Source: Bdellovibrionota bacterium
GTDB taxonomy: Bacteria; Bdellovibrionota_G; JALEGL01; DATDPG01
Assembly (NCBI GenBank): GCA_963668355.1
Contig: OY764265.1
Span: forward strand, 2,848,001-2,912,000
Reading direction: 5' to 3'
Length of the DNA stretch: 64,000 nt
Shown here piece after piece: positions 22,170 to 33,001 of the stretch. The notes beneath the pieces were generated by a model. The model saw only the letters and a list, made by a program, of their open reading frames with translations, did no database searches and was not told the origin of the DNA. Position numbers and translations under genes: made by a program. The first letter of the stretch is position 1, and the number at the start of each line of letters is the position of its first letter.

Positions 22170-23614
22170 TGAAATTAATGATGAATGGATGGCTGTGGGT
22201 AACGCTGATTTGCTTTCTTCCCGCTTCCCCGCCTTTGGCCTCAGAGATGTCCCCCCATCTCACGGAAGATGTGGTTGTAAATCGCGTTCTATCTCTCAGC
22301 AGGCTTGGAAAAATATCTCAACTCCATGCAGCCATCACAGAGACCCAAGCCATGCAAGCCAGATCCCCTTATGATTTTACGCTCAACATCAATGGGTCCC
22401 ATGAAATCGACTCCAGTGAAAAAGTGATCAGCGTCTTTGGCAATCGAAATGACACAACCATTCTTGCGGCCTCTCTTAGTCGAATCTTCCCCTCGGGTAC
22501 CCAAGCCGAAATTGGGTACACCACAAACCGTCAAAAAAGTGATTCCAATTTTGTCACAACCAACCCCGCCTTCGATTCCTCTTGGTTTGTTGGGCTGCGC
22601 CAACCCTTACTCAGAGATTCATTCGGTTCTGCCATGAGAGCCCAAATCGAGGCAGCTGAAGCCAATGCGAAAGCTGCAGAGTCTAGAGCCAATTCAGAGC
22701 TCCAAACCATTGTCAATCAGGCATTGAGCGCCTTCTGGTCTTGGATCACGTTCGACGAGGACAAAAGCATTGCTAAGTTGGGCGTAAAGAGAGCTCGAGA
22801 CTTCCTTTCTGTAACCCAAAAAAAATTCAAATTGGGAACGGCCGAAAAGGCGGATTTATTTGCAGCGCAAGCCAGCTTGGCAGCTCGGGAGCAAGATGTT
22901 CTCCAAAGTGAAGAACGAGCCGAAAATGCGCTTACCACGCTAAAAAATGTTCTGCTTTTGAGCCCTTCTCAACACATTGAAAGTGGGGAGACACTTAAAC
23001 AAACAACTCCTCCAGGGGATCTTGAACAACTCCTCCAAACAGCACTCACCAAACATCCAGATGTCCAAGCGGCCGAAAAAGATCTCTGGGTTGCGCAAAG
23101 AACATATGAAAGTTCGAAAAGCGGTGCACGCCCCCAATTGGATATTTTTACAAAGCTCACGATGAATAACGTGGATGACACGTGGGGGGGATCAGCCACC
23201 GGGGCTTTTGGCTCAGACGATCCGGATTGGGTCGTGGGAAGTGAGTTGATCATCCCATTTGAAAATCGGCAAAGAAAAGCTGAAAGGAAAATGGCTAAAC
23301 TCAGGCAAGAAATCATGGCATTGCAATTCAACCAGGTGAAAGACAATGTGGCGACGAATGTACGAATTGCCTGGAATTCATTAACCGCCGCTCAAGCCCA
23401 AACCAAAAAAGCCTTGAAGCTGGAACACCTCCAACGAAAGAAATTGGCAGAGGAAGAAAAAGATTTTCGACGAGGCCGAAGTGATGCCTTTACGATTCTC
23501 ACCTACCAACAAGATTTAATTGCAGCGGAAAGACAAAGATTGGCTGCTCAAGCCAAAGAACAAATCGCCCAAAACACACTGGCCTACGCCGTAGGCCATC
23601 TACTTCCGGAGTAG
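22166..23614 (+). CDS. TolC-family outer membrane efflux protein
   Basis: Signal peptide, LRQPLLR, ARPQLD, IPFENR, two helical repeats; ATGA overlap with the M48 gene. Confidence 0.9.
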   Translation: MMKLMMNGWLWVTLICFLPASPPLASEMSPHLTEDVVVNRVLSLSRLGKISQLHAAITETQAMQARSPYDFTLNINGSHEIDSSEKVISVFGNRNDTTILAASLSRIFPSGTQAEIGYTTNRQKSDSNFVTTNPAFDSSWFVGLRQPLLRDSFGSAMRAQIEAAEANAKAAESRANSELQTIVNQALSAFWSWITFDEDKSIAKLGVKRARDFLSVTQKKFKLGTAEKADLFAAQASLAAREQDVLQSEERAENALTTLKNVLLLSPSQHIESGETLKQTTPPGDLEQLLQTALTKHPDVQAAEKDLWVAQRTYESSKSGARPQLDIFTKLTMNNVDDTWGGSATGAFGSDDPDWVVGSELIIPFENRQRKAERKMAKLRQEIMALQFNQVKDNVATNVRIAWNSLTAAQAQTKKALKLEHLQRKKLAEEEKDFRRGRSDAFTILTYQQDLIAAERQRLAAQAKEQIAQNTLAYAVGHLLPE

Positions 23615-26600
23615 ATGGGGACCAAGATGAATATTGCTCGTTTCAGCGTCAAAAACTCTCTCATGGTTAACCTCCTTTCCATCTTTGTGATCGGAGCTGG
23701 AATCATGGCCCTCTTGGACATGCGCCGAGAGGCCTTCCCAACCTTCTCTTTCGATTTGGTCATGGTTCAAGCGACTTATCCGGGCTCAACCCCTGAAGAA
23801 ATGGAAAGGCTCGTTACACGAAAAATTGAGGATGAATTAAAAACCGTCAGCGACATTGAGAAAGTCCAATCCACTTCCGCAGAAGGATACTCCCAAATCA
23901 TCGTCGAAATCGATCCAGATGCTGAGAACAAGAGTCAAGTGGTTACAGACATTCAACAGGCCGTGGATCGAGTTCCAGACCTGCCTTCGGACATGCAAGA
24001 CAAGCCCATCACCACGGAAATTCGAACGCAAGACACTCCGGTCGTGGAGATCGCCATGTTCGGTCCCCTTTCTCGAAAAGAGCTTCAAGACCTAGCCGAA
24101 AAGCTCGAAGACGAAATTGAGACTTTGGATGATGTCGCAGAAGTGAACCGTGGTGGATGGAGAGAAAAGCAAATCTGGGTGGAACTCGACGTCAATGCCA
24201 TGAAAGAAAAAGAAATTTCCATTGATGAAGTTGTTCAGGCCGTCCGAACGAATGACATTAATGTTCCTGGGGGAACACTCGACACAGGAAAGACCGAGTT
24301 TCTCATACGAACCGCCAATGATTTCAAAACGCCAGAAGAATTTGACCAGATCGTCATCCGTGGCAATGAAACCGGGGAAATCATACGCCTAAAAGATGTT
24401 GGTGGCACCCGGTGGGCCTTTGAAGAAGCCACGACGCTATCCCGAACGGACGGATTCAATGCCGTTCGTTTGGTTGTAATCAAACGAGAAATGGGTGATG
24501 CCATCCGGCTGGTCGATCAACTGGACGGCATCCTTGCCAGTTTTAAATCCAGAAACAATCCCAATCTTCAAACCACGTACATCAATGACATGTCCTTTTA
24601 TGTCAAACGAAGACTGAATATCCTGCTCAACAATGGGTGGATTGGGTTAATCTTCGTTCTTTTATCGCTCTTTCTTCTTCTTAGCCGGCCCGTAGCGACC
24701 TGGACCATCCTTGGTATTCCTGTGGCGTTTGGCGTCGCCATTTGGATCATGAGCTTGTTCAATATTTCGATCAATCTGATCACCATGTTCGGACTCATCA
24801 TGGTTCTCGGAATTGTTGTGGATGACGCCATCGTTGTGGCAGAGAATGTCTATAGCTATATGGAAAAAGGCCTATCTCCTAGAGAAGCCGCCATCAGGGG
24901 CACGCAGGAGGTTGTGAAACCCATTACGGTCACGGTCCTCACAACCTGTGTAGCCTTTTTTCCCTTGGCCATCATGACCGGGATTTTCGGAAAATTCATT
25001 CGATGGGTTCCGATTGTCGTCATCATTACGCTCGTGGCAAGTCTGATTGAGTGCTTCCTCATTCTTCCCTCTCACCTAGCTGACTTCGGAAAAGCACGAA
25101 GGAATGGAAATTCGAAAGAAGAACGGCCTTCTCGATTCATCTTTTTCCAAAATTTGTACGAATCTCTTCTTCGCTTTCTTCTTAACCGCAGATGGTTCTA
25201 TACAGTTGGCATGCTTTTATTTTTCCTCGTTGGCATCATTGCAGGATTCAAATTGATCCCCATTCAAATGTTTCCTTCCCATGGAATTGAAATATTTTTC
25301 GTTCGTGCAGAAGCCAAACTCGGAACTTCCTTGGAGGAAACGGCGCGGCGATTCAAAGAAATCGAAAAAATCGTAGATCGTTTACCCGATGAGGAACTAA
25401 AAAATCACGTTTTGATTGCTGGGATCGTTCAGCAAGATGCCTATGACCAAGACACTCTTCGGGGAAGTCATGTGGGTCAATTGATTGTTTATTTGACCCC
25501 CGAAACTGATCGTGAACGAAAAACCCAAGCCATCATGGACCAGATTCGCAAAGACATAACGTCCGTGAAGGGGTTTGAACGGGTTTGGTTGGATGAAGTG
25601 AGACCCGGGCCTCCACAAGGAAAGCCGGTTGCCGTCAGAATTCGTGGAGATGAATACAAAACGCTCACGGAATTAGCGACTCAAATCGAGGAAAAAATCC
25701 AAACCATTCCCGGAACCAAAGACATTCGAAATGATTTCGAAAAAGGAAAAGATGAACTTCGTGTGGTTGTCGATGCTCCGCGTGCTTCAATGGCCAAACT
25801 CCTTCCTGCAGATGTCGCAAAAACGGTCAGATGGGCTTTTCAAGGAGAAGTCGCAAGCACGATCGAGGAGGGAAATGAAGACATTGATGTGATTGTTCGC
25901 CTCAAAGAAGAAGATCGAGGCAAACGAAAAACCTTTGAAAAATTATTCATCCAAAACCCCAGGGGATTCCATGTCCCCCTTTCCCAGGTGGCGCAAATCA
26001 AGCAAGCAGAGGGGATCACAGCCATCAAACACTATGAAAACGTGCGAACGGTAACGGTCACAGCGAATATTGACTCGGAAAAAACAACATCTGTGGAAGT
26101 CAACCAGGCCATTTTGCCCTTCTTACATGAACTTGAAACCCAATATCCGGGCTATATTTTGGAGGCCGGTGGAGAATACGAAGATACCAATGAGTCCTTG
26201 GACAATCTAAAGCAAGCCGGAATCCTGGCAGCCTTCATGATCTTCTTGATCTTAGCAAGCACGTTTAACTCTCTGGCACAACCCCTCATGATTATGCTGG
26301 CCATCCCTTTTGGCGTGTTTGCCGCCTTGATCGCATTACTTAGTCATGGAGAGCCTCTAAGCTTCTTGGCTTTTATGGGAATCATCGGTTTGGCCGGTGT
26401 CGTCATCAACGACTCCATCATTTTGATCGACTTCATCAATAAGGAACGTGTAAAGACCTCTAATCGAAGAGAATCCATTGTCACAGGGGCTGTAAAACGA
26501 TTGCGCCCCGTTCTTCTGACAAGCATTACGACCATTATGGGATTGGGTCCGGTGGCCTATGGAATCGGGGGAAAGGATCCCTTCTTGGTTCCCATGGCCC

Positions 26601-26800
26601 TCACCATCGCATGGGGAATTGCTTTAGGAACCATCATGACATTGACACTGATTCCATGTTGTTACGCGGTCTTGGATGACATGAAAGTTTGGTATTGTGG
26701 ATCTTGCTTTCGAAAATATCTGCCTAAAATCGTTCACGCTCATTGCGTCGAAGGAGAGCAAGCCCAACAAGATACGCGAGACTCATCCGAAAACGATTGA
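23615..26800 (+). CDS. RND (AcrB/AcrD/AcrF family) efflux permease
   Basis: RREAFP, GIVVDDAIVVAEN, GVVINDSII, RLRPVLLTSITT; 1061 aa. Confidence 0.96.
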   Translation: MGTKMNIARFSVKNSLMVNLLSIFVIGAGIMALLDMRREAFPTFSFDLVMVQATYPGSTPEEMERLVTRKIEDELKTVSDIEKVQSTSAEGYSQIIVEIDPDAENKSQVVTDIQQAVDRVPDLPSDMQDKPITTEIRTQDTPVVEIAMFGPLSRKELQDLAEKLEDEIETLDDVAEVNRGGWREKQIWVELDVNAMKEKEISIDEVVQAVRTNDINVPGGTLDTGKTEFLIRTANDFKTPEEFDQIVIRGNETGEIIRLKDVGGTRWAFEEATTLSRTDGFNAVRLVVIKREMGDAIRLVDQLDGILASFKSRNNPNLQTTYINDMSFYVKRRLNILLNNGWIGLIFVLLSLFLLLSRPVATWTILGIPVAFGVAIWIMSLFNISINLITMFGLIMVLGIVVDDAIVVAENVYSYMEKGLSPREAAIRGTQEVVKPITVTVLTTCVAFFPLAIMTGIFGKFIRWVPIVVIITLVASLIECFLILPSHLADFGKARRNGNSKEERPSRFIFFQNLYESLLRFLLNRRWFYTVGMLLFFLVGIIAGFKLIPIQMFPSHGIEIFFVRAEAKLGTSLEETARRFKEIEKIVDRLPDEELKNHVLIAGIVQQDAYDQDTLRGSHVGQLIVYLTPETDRERKTQAIMDQIRKDITSVKGFERVWLDEVRPGPPQGKPVAVRIRGDEYKTLTELATQIEEKIQTIPGTKDIRNDFEKGKDELRVVVDAPRASMAKLLPADVAKTVRWAFQGEVASTIEEGNEDIDVIVRLKEEDRGKRKTFEKLFIQNPRGFHVPLSQVAQIKQAEGITAIKHYENVRTVTVTANIDSEKTTSVEVNQAILPFLHELETQYPGYILEAGGEYEDTNESLDNLKQAGILAAFMIFLILASTFNSLAQPLMIMLAIPFGVFAALIALLSHGEPLSFLAFMGIIGLAGVVINDSIILIDFINKERVKTSNRRESIVTGAVKRLRPVLLTSITTIMGLGPVAYGIGGKDPFLVPMALTIAWGIALGTIMTLTLIPCCYAVLDDMKVWYCGSCFRKYLPKIVHAHCVEGEQAQQDTRDSSEND

Positions 26801-27762
26801 AGTTTTGGATCTTCTTCCCGACATTTAGAAATCCGCACGGGGCATCGAGAATAAAATGGGCATCCTCCTATGGAAGTCGGCTCATCCTCCACGCGTTCAA
26901 ACGTTTGCCCCCTCTGGAGTCGTGCTTTTTCGACCACGGGGTTCGGTACAGAAATTGAGGATAACAACAACTCCGTATAGGGGTGTTTGGGAGCTTTGCA
27001 GACTTCGTTCACACTGCCCTGTTCAACGATTTTTCCTCGATACATCACGGCAACATCATCACAGATTTGTGAAACGGCCGAAATATCATGGGAAATGAAA
27101 ACCATCGTCAATTTCAGTTCATTTTTCAAATCCATCAATAAATTCAGTATTTGAGCTTGAACGGAAACATCCAACGCGCTTACCGGCTCATCAGCGACAA
27201 TCACTTCTGGCGCAATAGCCAAGGCTCTCGCAATGCCCACTCTCTGACGTTGTCCTCCTGAAAATTCATGCGGGTATCTTCGCCTCGACCCAGGGTCCAA
27301 TCCTACTTTCTGCATCAACGACCTCACCCAGGCTTCCAGCTCCCTTTCTTTCATCAATCCAAAATTCACGACTGGCTCTGCAATGATTTCCTCAATGGTC
27401 ATCCGAGGGTTGAGACTGGAATAAGGATCTTGAAAAATCATTTGCATATTTCGTCGAAGATCTCGAAGTTCACGTGACCACGAAGGACGAGACATCAGGA
27501 TTTTGCCCTTCCACAGTCGCGTAAGCTCCTGATCTTTGAAAAACACTTTCCCCGAAGTTACAGGATAAAGGCCCAGCATCGCTCTTCCCAATGTTGATTT
27601 CCCGCATCCGCTCTCGCCAACCACTCCCAGAGTTTTTCCTTTTTCCACTTTAAGACTCACGTGATTCACAGCGCGAAAAGGTGTTTTGGAGTTCGCGCTT
27701 AGTCCGAAGGTACGGCGAATGCGATAGTCCACACAGACGTCCTGCGTCCGTAAGACATTCAT
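26740..27762 (-). CDS. oppF: Oligopeptide ABC transporter ATPase (OppF/DppF)
   Basis: GESGCGKST, FSGGQRQR, ADEPVSALD, HPYT; start 27762 gives an ATGA overlap with oppD. Confidence 0.92.
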   Translation of the reverse strand: MNVLRTQDVCVDYRIRRTFGLSANSKTPFRAVNHVSLKVEKGKTLGVVGESGCGKSTLGRAMLGLYPVTSGKVFFKDQELTRLWKGKILMSRPSWSRELRDLRRNMQMIFQDPYSSLNPRMTIEEIIAEPVVNFGLMKERELEAWVRSLMQKVGLDPGSRRRYPHEFSGGQRQRVGIARALAIAPEVIVADEPVSALDVSVQAQILNLLMDLKNELKLTMVFISHDISAVSQICDDVAVMYRGKIVEQGSVNEVCKAPKHPYTELLLSSISVPNPVVEKARLQRGQTFERVEDEPTSIGGCPFYSRCPVRISKCREEDPKLQSFSDESRVSCWACSPSTQ

Positions 27763-28727
27763 ATTTTCACCTCCCAACAATCGACCCTTCCGAAAGGATC
27801 AAAGAAACGCGTCGTGGGCACTTCCTCTTGACACTTTTTCGTGGCCAAAGAACAACGAGGATGAAAGGAACACCCCTGTGGCAAACAAGTCAGGGAAGGA
27901 GGGGTTCCAGCGATTGTTTCCAACGTTCCTCTTTCCTTCTCGTGAAGCTTGGGAATGCTTCTGAGCAAGGCCTTTGTGTAGGGATGGCGTGGGTTGGAAA
28001 AGAGTTCCTCGCAGGAGTTCATTTCAACCATTTTTCCTGCATACATCACCGCCACATCATCAGCCACTCCCGCCACGACGCCCAGATCATGCGAAACCAA
28101 GAGGATGCTCATATCGGTCTTTTGTTTCTGTTCTAACAACAATTGTAAAACCTGGGTCTGAGTCGTCACATCCAGAGCCGTTGTCGGCTCATCCGCAATG
28201 AGCAAGCGTGGTTTACAAAGCAACGCCATGGCCAGCATGATCCGTTGTCTCATGCCTCCCGACAATTCATGAGGGTATTGTGACAGGCGTTTCTTGGGTT
28301 CGTAAAAACCTACTTGCTCCAACATTCCAAGAACGCGTTCCAAGATGTCTTTTTTAGACCATGAACCATGGGCTTCCAAGACTTCAGAAAGTTGCCGGCC
28401 CACGGATAAAAACGGATTTAGAGAGGTCATGGGATCTTGAAAAACCATGGCTATTTTTTCACCCCGAATCTCTTCCCACTCATGGGGTTTTGCGTCCGAT
28501 ATGTTTCGACCCTCTAGCCAAATTTCCCCATCCCGTTCAACATTTTTGGATTCATTCAATAAGTTCATCAGGGCCAACGCGGTCACAGTTTTTCCAGATC
28601 CGCTCTCTCCGACAATTCCCAGAACCCTTCCTTTTTTGATTTCAAACGAAATTTGATCTACCGCCTTGAGAAGGCCATCATCCATTCGAAACCCGACGGT
28701 CAAATTCTTTACCGAAAGAAGTGTCAT
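27759..28727 (-). CDS. oppD: Oligopeptide ABC transporter ATPase (OppD/DppD)
   Basis: [33 protein letters not shown]. Confidence 0.92.
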   Translation of the reverse strand: MTLLSVKNLTVGFRMDDGLLKAVDQISFEIKKGRVLGIVGESGSGKTVTALALMNLLNESKNVERDGEIWLEGRNISDAKPHEWEEIRGEKIAMVFQDPMTSLNPFLSVGRQLSEVLEAHGSWSKKDILERVLGMLEQVGFYEPKKRLSQYPHELSGGMRQRIMLAMALLCKPRLLIADEPTTALDVTTQTQVLQLLLEQKQKTDMSILLVSHDLGVVAGVADDVAVMYAGKMVEMNSCEELFSNPRHPYTKALLRSIPKLHEKERGTLETIAGTPPSLTCLPQGCSFHPRCSLATKKCQEEVPTTRFFDPFGRVDCWEVKI

Positions 28728-28731
28728 ATCC

Positions 28732-29616
28732 TTAATCCCGAAGCTTCGGATCCAATGCATCCCGAAGACCATCACCCAAAAAATTTAGTGCCAATAGAAG
28801 CGAGGCCATGGCCAACCCGGGGAACAAAAGCTCCCACCAATAAACAATCATATGATGGGCTCCATCATTGATTAGAGCCCCCAAACTTGGCCGAGGAGCT
28901 TGAACGCCAAGCCCTAAAAACGAGAGAAAGGCCTCTTGCAAAATCATTGAAGGGATGGTCAACGTAAAGTAAATCACAACCACGCCCAACGTATTGGGAA
29001 TCAAATGCCTAAATATAATTTGCCGATGACTCGCGCCCAGACTTCGAGCCGCCAAGATAAATTCTTTTTCTTTCAGACTCAAAACTTGTCCCCGGACAAT
29101 TCTTGCAGTCATAAGCCACCCCACAGCGCCCAGGGCCAAGAAAAGAAGAAACAAATTTTTTCCAAAGATGGTTACCAGTACGATGACCAAAAACATGTAG
29201 GGAAGCGTGTACAAAACATCCACGATTCGCATCATCAGGCCATCCACACGTCCACCGAGATAGGCTGAAATGGCCCCATAGACGGTTCCGATCAGAGCTG
29301 AAACCAATGCAGCCATGATCCCAACCGCCAAACTTATCTGGGCACCAAACAAGGTTCGTGTGAGCAAGTCGCGGCCATAATAATCCGTACCAAACCAATG
29401 ACTGAATGTGGGCGGACGCGGGCCATAGGCGAGATTCTGTGTCTCATAGTCATAGCCCCATCCCCAGTGGAGAAGAAGGGGGCCAAAGAGTGAAAGCGCC
29501 ACGGAAAAAAGAACAAAGGCCGCAGAGGCCATGGCGATTCGATTTTTTTTCAATTTTTCCCAAGATTCTCCCCAAAGAGAGCTTCCATGAAATTCTTTAG
29601 CTCCTTTTGCGGTCAT
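28732..29616 (-). CDS. oppC: Oligopeptide ABC permease C
   Basis: HWFGTDYYGRD, EFILAARSLGAS, RDALDPK. Confidence 0.92.
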   Translation of the reverse strand: MTAKGAKEFHGSSLWGESWEKLKKNRIAMASAAFVLFSVALSLFGPLLLHWGWGYDYETQNLAYGPRPPTFSHWFGTDYYGRDLLTRTLFGAQISLAVGIMAALVSALIGTVYGAISAYLGGRVDGLMMRIVDVLYTLPYMFLVIVLVTIFGKNLFLLFLALGAVGWLMTARIVRGQVLSLKEKEFILAARSLGASHRQIIFRHLIPNTLGVVVIYFTLTIPSMILQEAFLSFLGLGVQAPRPSLGALINDGAHHMIVYWWELLFPGLAMASLLLALNFLGDGLRDALDPKLRD

Positions 29617-30533
29617 GCCTCGTAGTTAACCCTTGGGTCCAAAATGGTGTAGAGGACATCCACAACAAAGTTCATGAACAATAGAAAAACCGAATACAGA
29701 AGGATTACGCCCATCACCAAAAAATAGTCTCGGTTAAAGGCTGCATCGACAAAGTAAGGACCGATCCCTGGCGTATCGAAGATTTTTTCCACGACAACAC
29801 TTCCAACCATGAGATGAGCCGTAGCGGGCCCCAAAAATGTAATTACGGGAATCAATCCCCCACGAAGAATGTGCCGAAAGATGATGGTTCTTTTTTTCAA
29901 CCCCTTGGCTTTGGCCGTGAGAACATACTCCGAGTGAAGAACTTCAAGGACTCCAGCTCGAGTGAGTCTTGCAATATAAGCTCCATAGACCGTTCCTAGC
30001 GTGAATGAAGGCAACACCACATGCTCCCACCCTCCCCATCCTGCAGGAGGCAACCAACCCAATTGAAGCGAAAACACTAAGATTAACAAGGGACCCAGAA
30101 CAAATGTCGGAACACTCAGTCCAACCATGGAAACCCCCATGGCCAAATGATCAGGCCATCGATTCTGTTTCAATGCGGCAAACAAGCCCGTCCCGATTCC
30201 AAAAACCAATGCCCAGATTAAGGAGACCAGTCCCAACAAAAACGTCGAAGGAAATCCATCCGCAATGATCGACCGAACAGAGCGCTCTGGATATTTGGTT
30301 GATAGACCGAGATCCCCATGCAAGAGACCCTCTAAATATTTCCAAAGCTGTGTCCCCATGGTCTCGTTGAAACCATACCGAGCTTCGAGAGCTGACTGAA
30401 TTTCAGGAGACAACGCCCGTTCACTCAAAAACGGAGAACCAGGGGCCCATCGAATCACCCAAAAGGAAAGAATGACAATGATGAGCAACGTGGGAATTAA
30501 CCCCAAGAATCGTTTCAAAATAAATCGACTCAT
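29613..30533 (-). CDS. oppB: Oligopeptide ABC permease B
   Basis: APGSPF, YVLTAKAKGL, NRDY, LDPRV. Confidence 0.92.
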   Translation of the reverse strand: MSRFILKRFLGLIPTLLIIVILSFWVIRWAPGSPFLSERALSPEIQSALEARYGFNETMGTQLWKYLEGLLHGDLGLSTKYPERSVRSIIADGFPSTFLLGLVSLIWALVFGIGTGLFAALKQNRWPDHLAMGVSMVGLSVPTFVLGPLLILVFSLQLGWLPPAGWGGWEHVVLPSFTLGTVYGAYIARLTRAGVLEVLHSEYVLTAKAKGLKKRTIIFRHILRGGLIPVITFLGPATAHLMVGSVVVEKIFDTPGIGPYFVDAAFNRDYFLVMGVILLYSVFLLFMNFVVDVLYTILDPRVNYEA

Positions 30534-32188
30534 GACTTCCCCTTGTCCGGCTCAATGTAGATGTATTTCCAGGGATGACGATCCAAGTGGTTGGGCCAAA
30601 AACCCTTAACATAGGGTTTTTTCAAGAAGTTCCGTGAATACACATACAAAGAAATGGCCGGAAGCTCTTGAGATAAAATGCTTTCAGCCTTCCTTAAGAT
30701 CTGGAGTCGCTTTTCCCTTTGCAAAATTCCGTTGGCTTGTTTCAAGAGTGAATCATATTCGGCATTTTTCCAACCGGAACGATTGTTGGGACTGTTACTC
30801 AAAAAGATTTCAAGAAAGGTATAGGGATCTGGATAATCTCCGAACCATCCCATTCGGCCAATCTCAAAGTCCTTCTGCCTCATATTCTTCAGAAAGACTT
30901 TCCATTCTTGATTCTCTAGGTTGACCGTCACACCCAAGTTCTGTTTCCACATCTGAACCAAGGCTTGGGCAAGGGTTTTATTCCCCTCATTCGTATTGTA
31001 AGTGAGCGTGATTTCCGGGAAGCCTTCTCCTTTGGGATATCCCGCTTTTTTGAGAAGACGCTGGGCTTTTTCCACATCAAAAATGGGGGAGTTCGGGCCA
31101 CGATAACTAACCAAGCCATCCGGGACAAAATCTGCCGTAGGAATTTGATTGGAACGCGTCACAAAACGTACGATCTTTTCCCGATCAATCGCCAAATTCA
31201 AGGCCTGACGCACCCATTTATTATCCAAAGGTTTCTGCTTCACATTGATCCAATAGAAATAGACCGCCAAAAAAGGATAACGAAAAAAATCTTCATATTT
31301 ATGAAGCTGCCCGATCACTTCCAAAGGCAAACTTCCATTCCTCCCAGTCCAATCCATCTCGCCGGTTGCATACAAATTTAGGGATGTATTTGGATGTTCA
31401 ACTTCAAGCACTTTCACACGATTTAAGCGCACCGTCTTAGCGTCCCAATATCGAGGATTCTTTTCAAACCATAGATGTCTTCGAAATTTCCATTCCTTTA
31501 AAACAAAGGCCCCATTGGAGACAATGTGTTCGGGGCGAGTCCAGAGTTCCTCAGAAATGCCATGCTTCTTCAATCTCTCCAAAAGATGTCTTGGAATCGG
31601 CATGAAGGTTTGAAGGGAAAGAAGGTCGAGAAAAAAAGGTACGGGTTTTTCCAAATTGACTTCTAAGGTGTGATCATCCAGCGCTCGAACGCCTTGAAAG
31701 GCCTTTGAAGAAAGAGCGCCTCGAAACAAGGCCTCCCCCCCCTTAAGAAAAAAGAAGAGCGTCACATAAGGGTTCGCCGTTTCTTTTTTGAGGGCACGTT
31801 TCCAGGACCAAACAAAGTCCTGTGCCGTTAGAGGGGTTCCATCTGACCAGAAACTTTTCCGCAGATGAAAGACATATTGCTTCCCTTCTTGAGAGACTTC
31901 CCAACGTGTCGCAATTCCCGGAATGGGCAGGAGCGTTTTCGGGTCCACTTGGACCAACCCCTCAAACATGTTCAAAATTAGTTCGGCTCCGGTTGTTCCT
32001 GAACATTTTGTCGGATCCAACCACTCTGGCTCGGCGGAGTTATTGAGCCACAATTCATCCGGAGGATGCTTTAGCGTAGGGTCACCAAAAAAACGGGTCG
32101 GGGTCGAGTCACAACCCACAATCAAGAATAGCGACAAACACACCAGCAGATTCTGCACCTTCACGAATCGCATGAACTTTAGAATCAT
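30530..32188 (-). CDS. oppA: Oligopeptide ABC substrate-binding lipoprotein
   Basis: Lipobox IVGC, LDP, WSDGTPLTAQDFVWSW, VSNGAF, RMGWFGDYPDP. Confidence 0.92.
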   Translation of the reverse strand: MILKFMRFVKVQNLLVCLSLFLIVGCDSTPTRFFGDPTLKHPPDELWLNNSAEPEWLDPTKCSGTTGAELILNMFEGLVQVDPKTLLPIPGIATRWEVSQEGKQYVFHLRKSFWSDGTPLTAQDFVWSWKRALKKETANPYVTLFFFLKGGEALFRGALSSKAFQGVRALDDHTLEVNLEKPVPFFLDLLSLQTFMPIPRHLLERLKKHGISEELWTRPEHIVSNGAFVLKEWKFRRHLWFEKNPRYWDAKTVRLNRVKVLEVEHPNTSLNLYATGEMDWTGRNGSLPLEVIGQLHKYEDFFRYPFLAVYFYWINVKQKPLDNKWVRQALNLAIDREKIVRFVTRSNQIPTADFVPDGLVSYRGPNSPIFDVEKAQRLLKKAGYPKGEGFPEITLTYNTNEGNKTLAQALVQMWKQNLGVTVNLENQEWKVFLKNMRQKDFEIGRMGWFGDYPDPYTFLEIFLSNSPNNRSGWKNAEYDSLLKQANGILQREKRLQILRKAESILSQELPAISLYVYSRNFLKKPYVKGFWPNHLDRHPWKYIYIEPDKGKS

Positions 32189-32251
32189 ATCGGTCGCTTA
32201 CGGATTGATCGAGTTTTCTCCTTTTCCCACAATTCGCCAAACAAAGAAAAA

Positions 32252-32274
32252 GGGCGACTTGAAACAAGTCGCCC
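32252..32274 (-). terminator. Intrinsic terminator after the phasin-like gene
   Basis: GGGCGACTTG-aaa-CAAGTCGCCC followed by a U-tract on the minus strand. Confidence 0.8.
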
Positions 32275-32372
32275 CTTTCACGAACCGAAGAGGCCCCCCT
32301 TCACTTCTTCCCCTTCGATTCAAAGAACCCGGGCGTCTCCCCCTCATTCGACGCCCGGATTCGTACGATCTT

Positions 32373-32741
32373 CTACATCCGATGGAGGCGGTTCACTCTT
32401 TCCTCCAACCGAGCAAGTTCTGTGTGAAAGCGATCAGCTTCGCGGGCGGAAAGCTCCCCGATTCGATCCGCAGCGCGGCGAATGCTTTCGTCGATACGTC
32501 GCTCAAAGGTCTCCCGACTGACGTTCAGCCGATTGTTCAGGACCGTGAGCAAACGCTCACCCTGAAACGGTGTAACCCTTCCGGTCTCTACCATCTTACG
32601 TACCAGCGTTTCCCCCTCGTTCGTCGCGGCACTGGTCAAACCACGAGTCGCACGCCATGAAAACCGGACAAAGTCACGCAGAACGTTTTCTTTTAAAGCC
32701 CTGGAATCCGAATTAGGCTCTCTTGCCACTACCGTTTCCAT
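32373..32741 (-). CDS. Phasin-like (PhaI/PhaF-type) helical protein
   Basis: W-x-A-x-x-GL...EGETLVRKMVETG...RLEERVNRL pattern; SD AAGGGAG. Confidence 0.6.
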   Translation of the reverse strand: METVVAREPNSDSRALKENVLRDFVRFSWRATRGLTSAATNEGETLVRKMVETGRVTPFQGERLLTVLNNRLNVSRETFERRIDESIRRAADRIGELSAREADRFHTELARLEERVNRLHRM

Positions 32742-32778
32742 TGACTATCTCCCTTCTGCGACATTCAGTCGCATTGTT

Positions 32779-32794
32779 ATCAAAGTGTGTGCCA
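32779..32794 (-). promoter_or_regulatory. Probable sigma-54 promoter of the phasin-like gene
   Basis: TGGCACACACTTTGAT: consensus -24 TGGCAC, -12 reads GA instead of GC. Confidence 0.5.
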
Positions 32795-33001
32795 GACTCA
32801 AAAAAGTACGACCAGATTTCTAAGTCTCGCTGTGAGCAAGGAGTTCAAGGGTTGAAGGCCTTTTAAAAAAGTGTAAAGAATGCATTCTTTACTCGGCATA
32901 TTGTCTAGATTTCCGACACACCAAAAGACCAAAACGAAAACTCCTTTATTTCCAAAACCTTAAAACACCAACAGTGTTAGTTTTCCAACACCCGAAACGT
33001 C

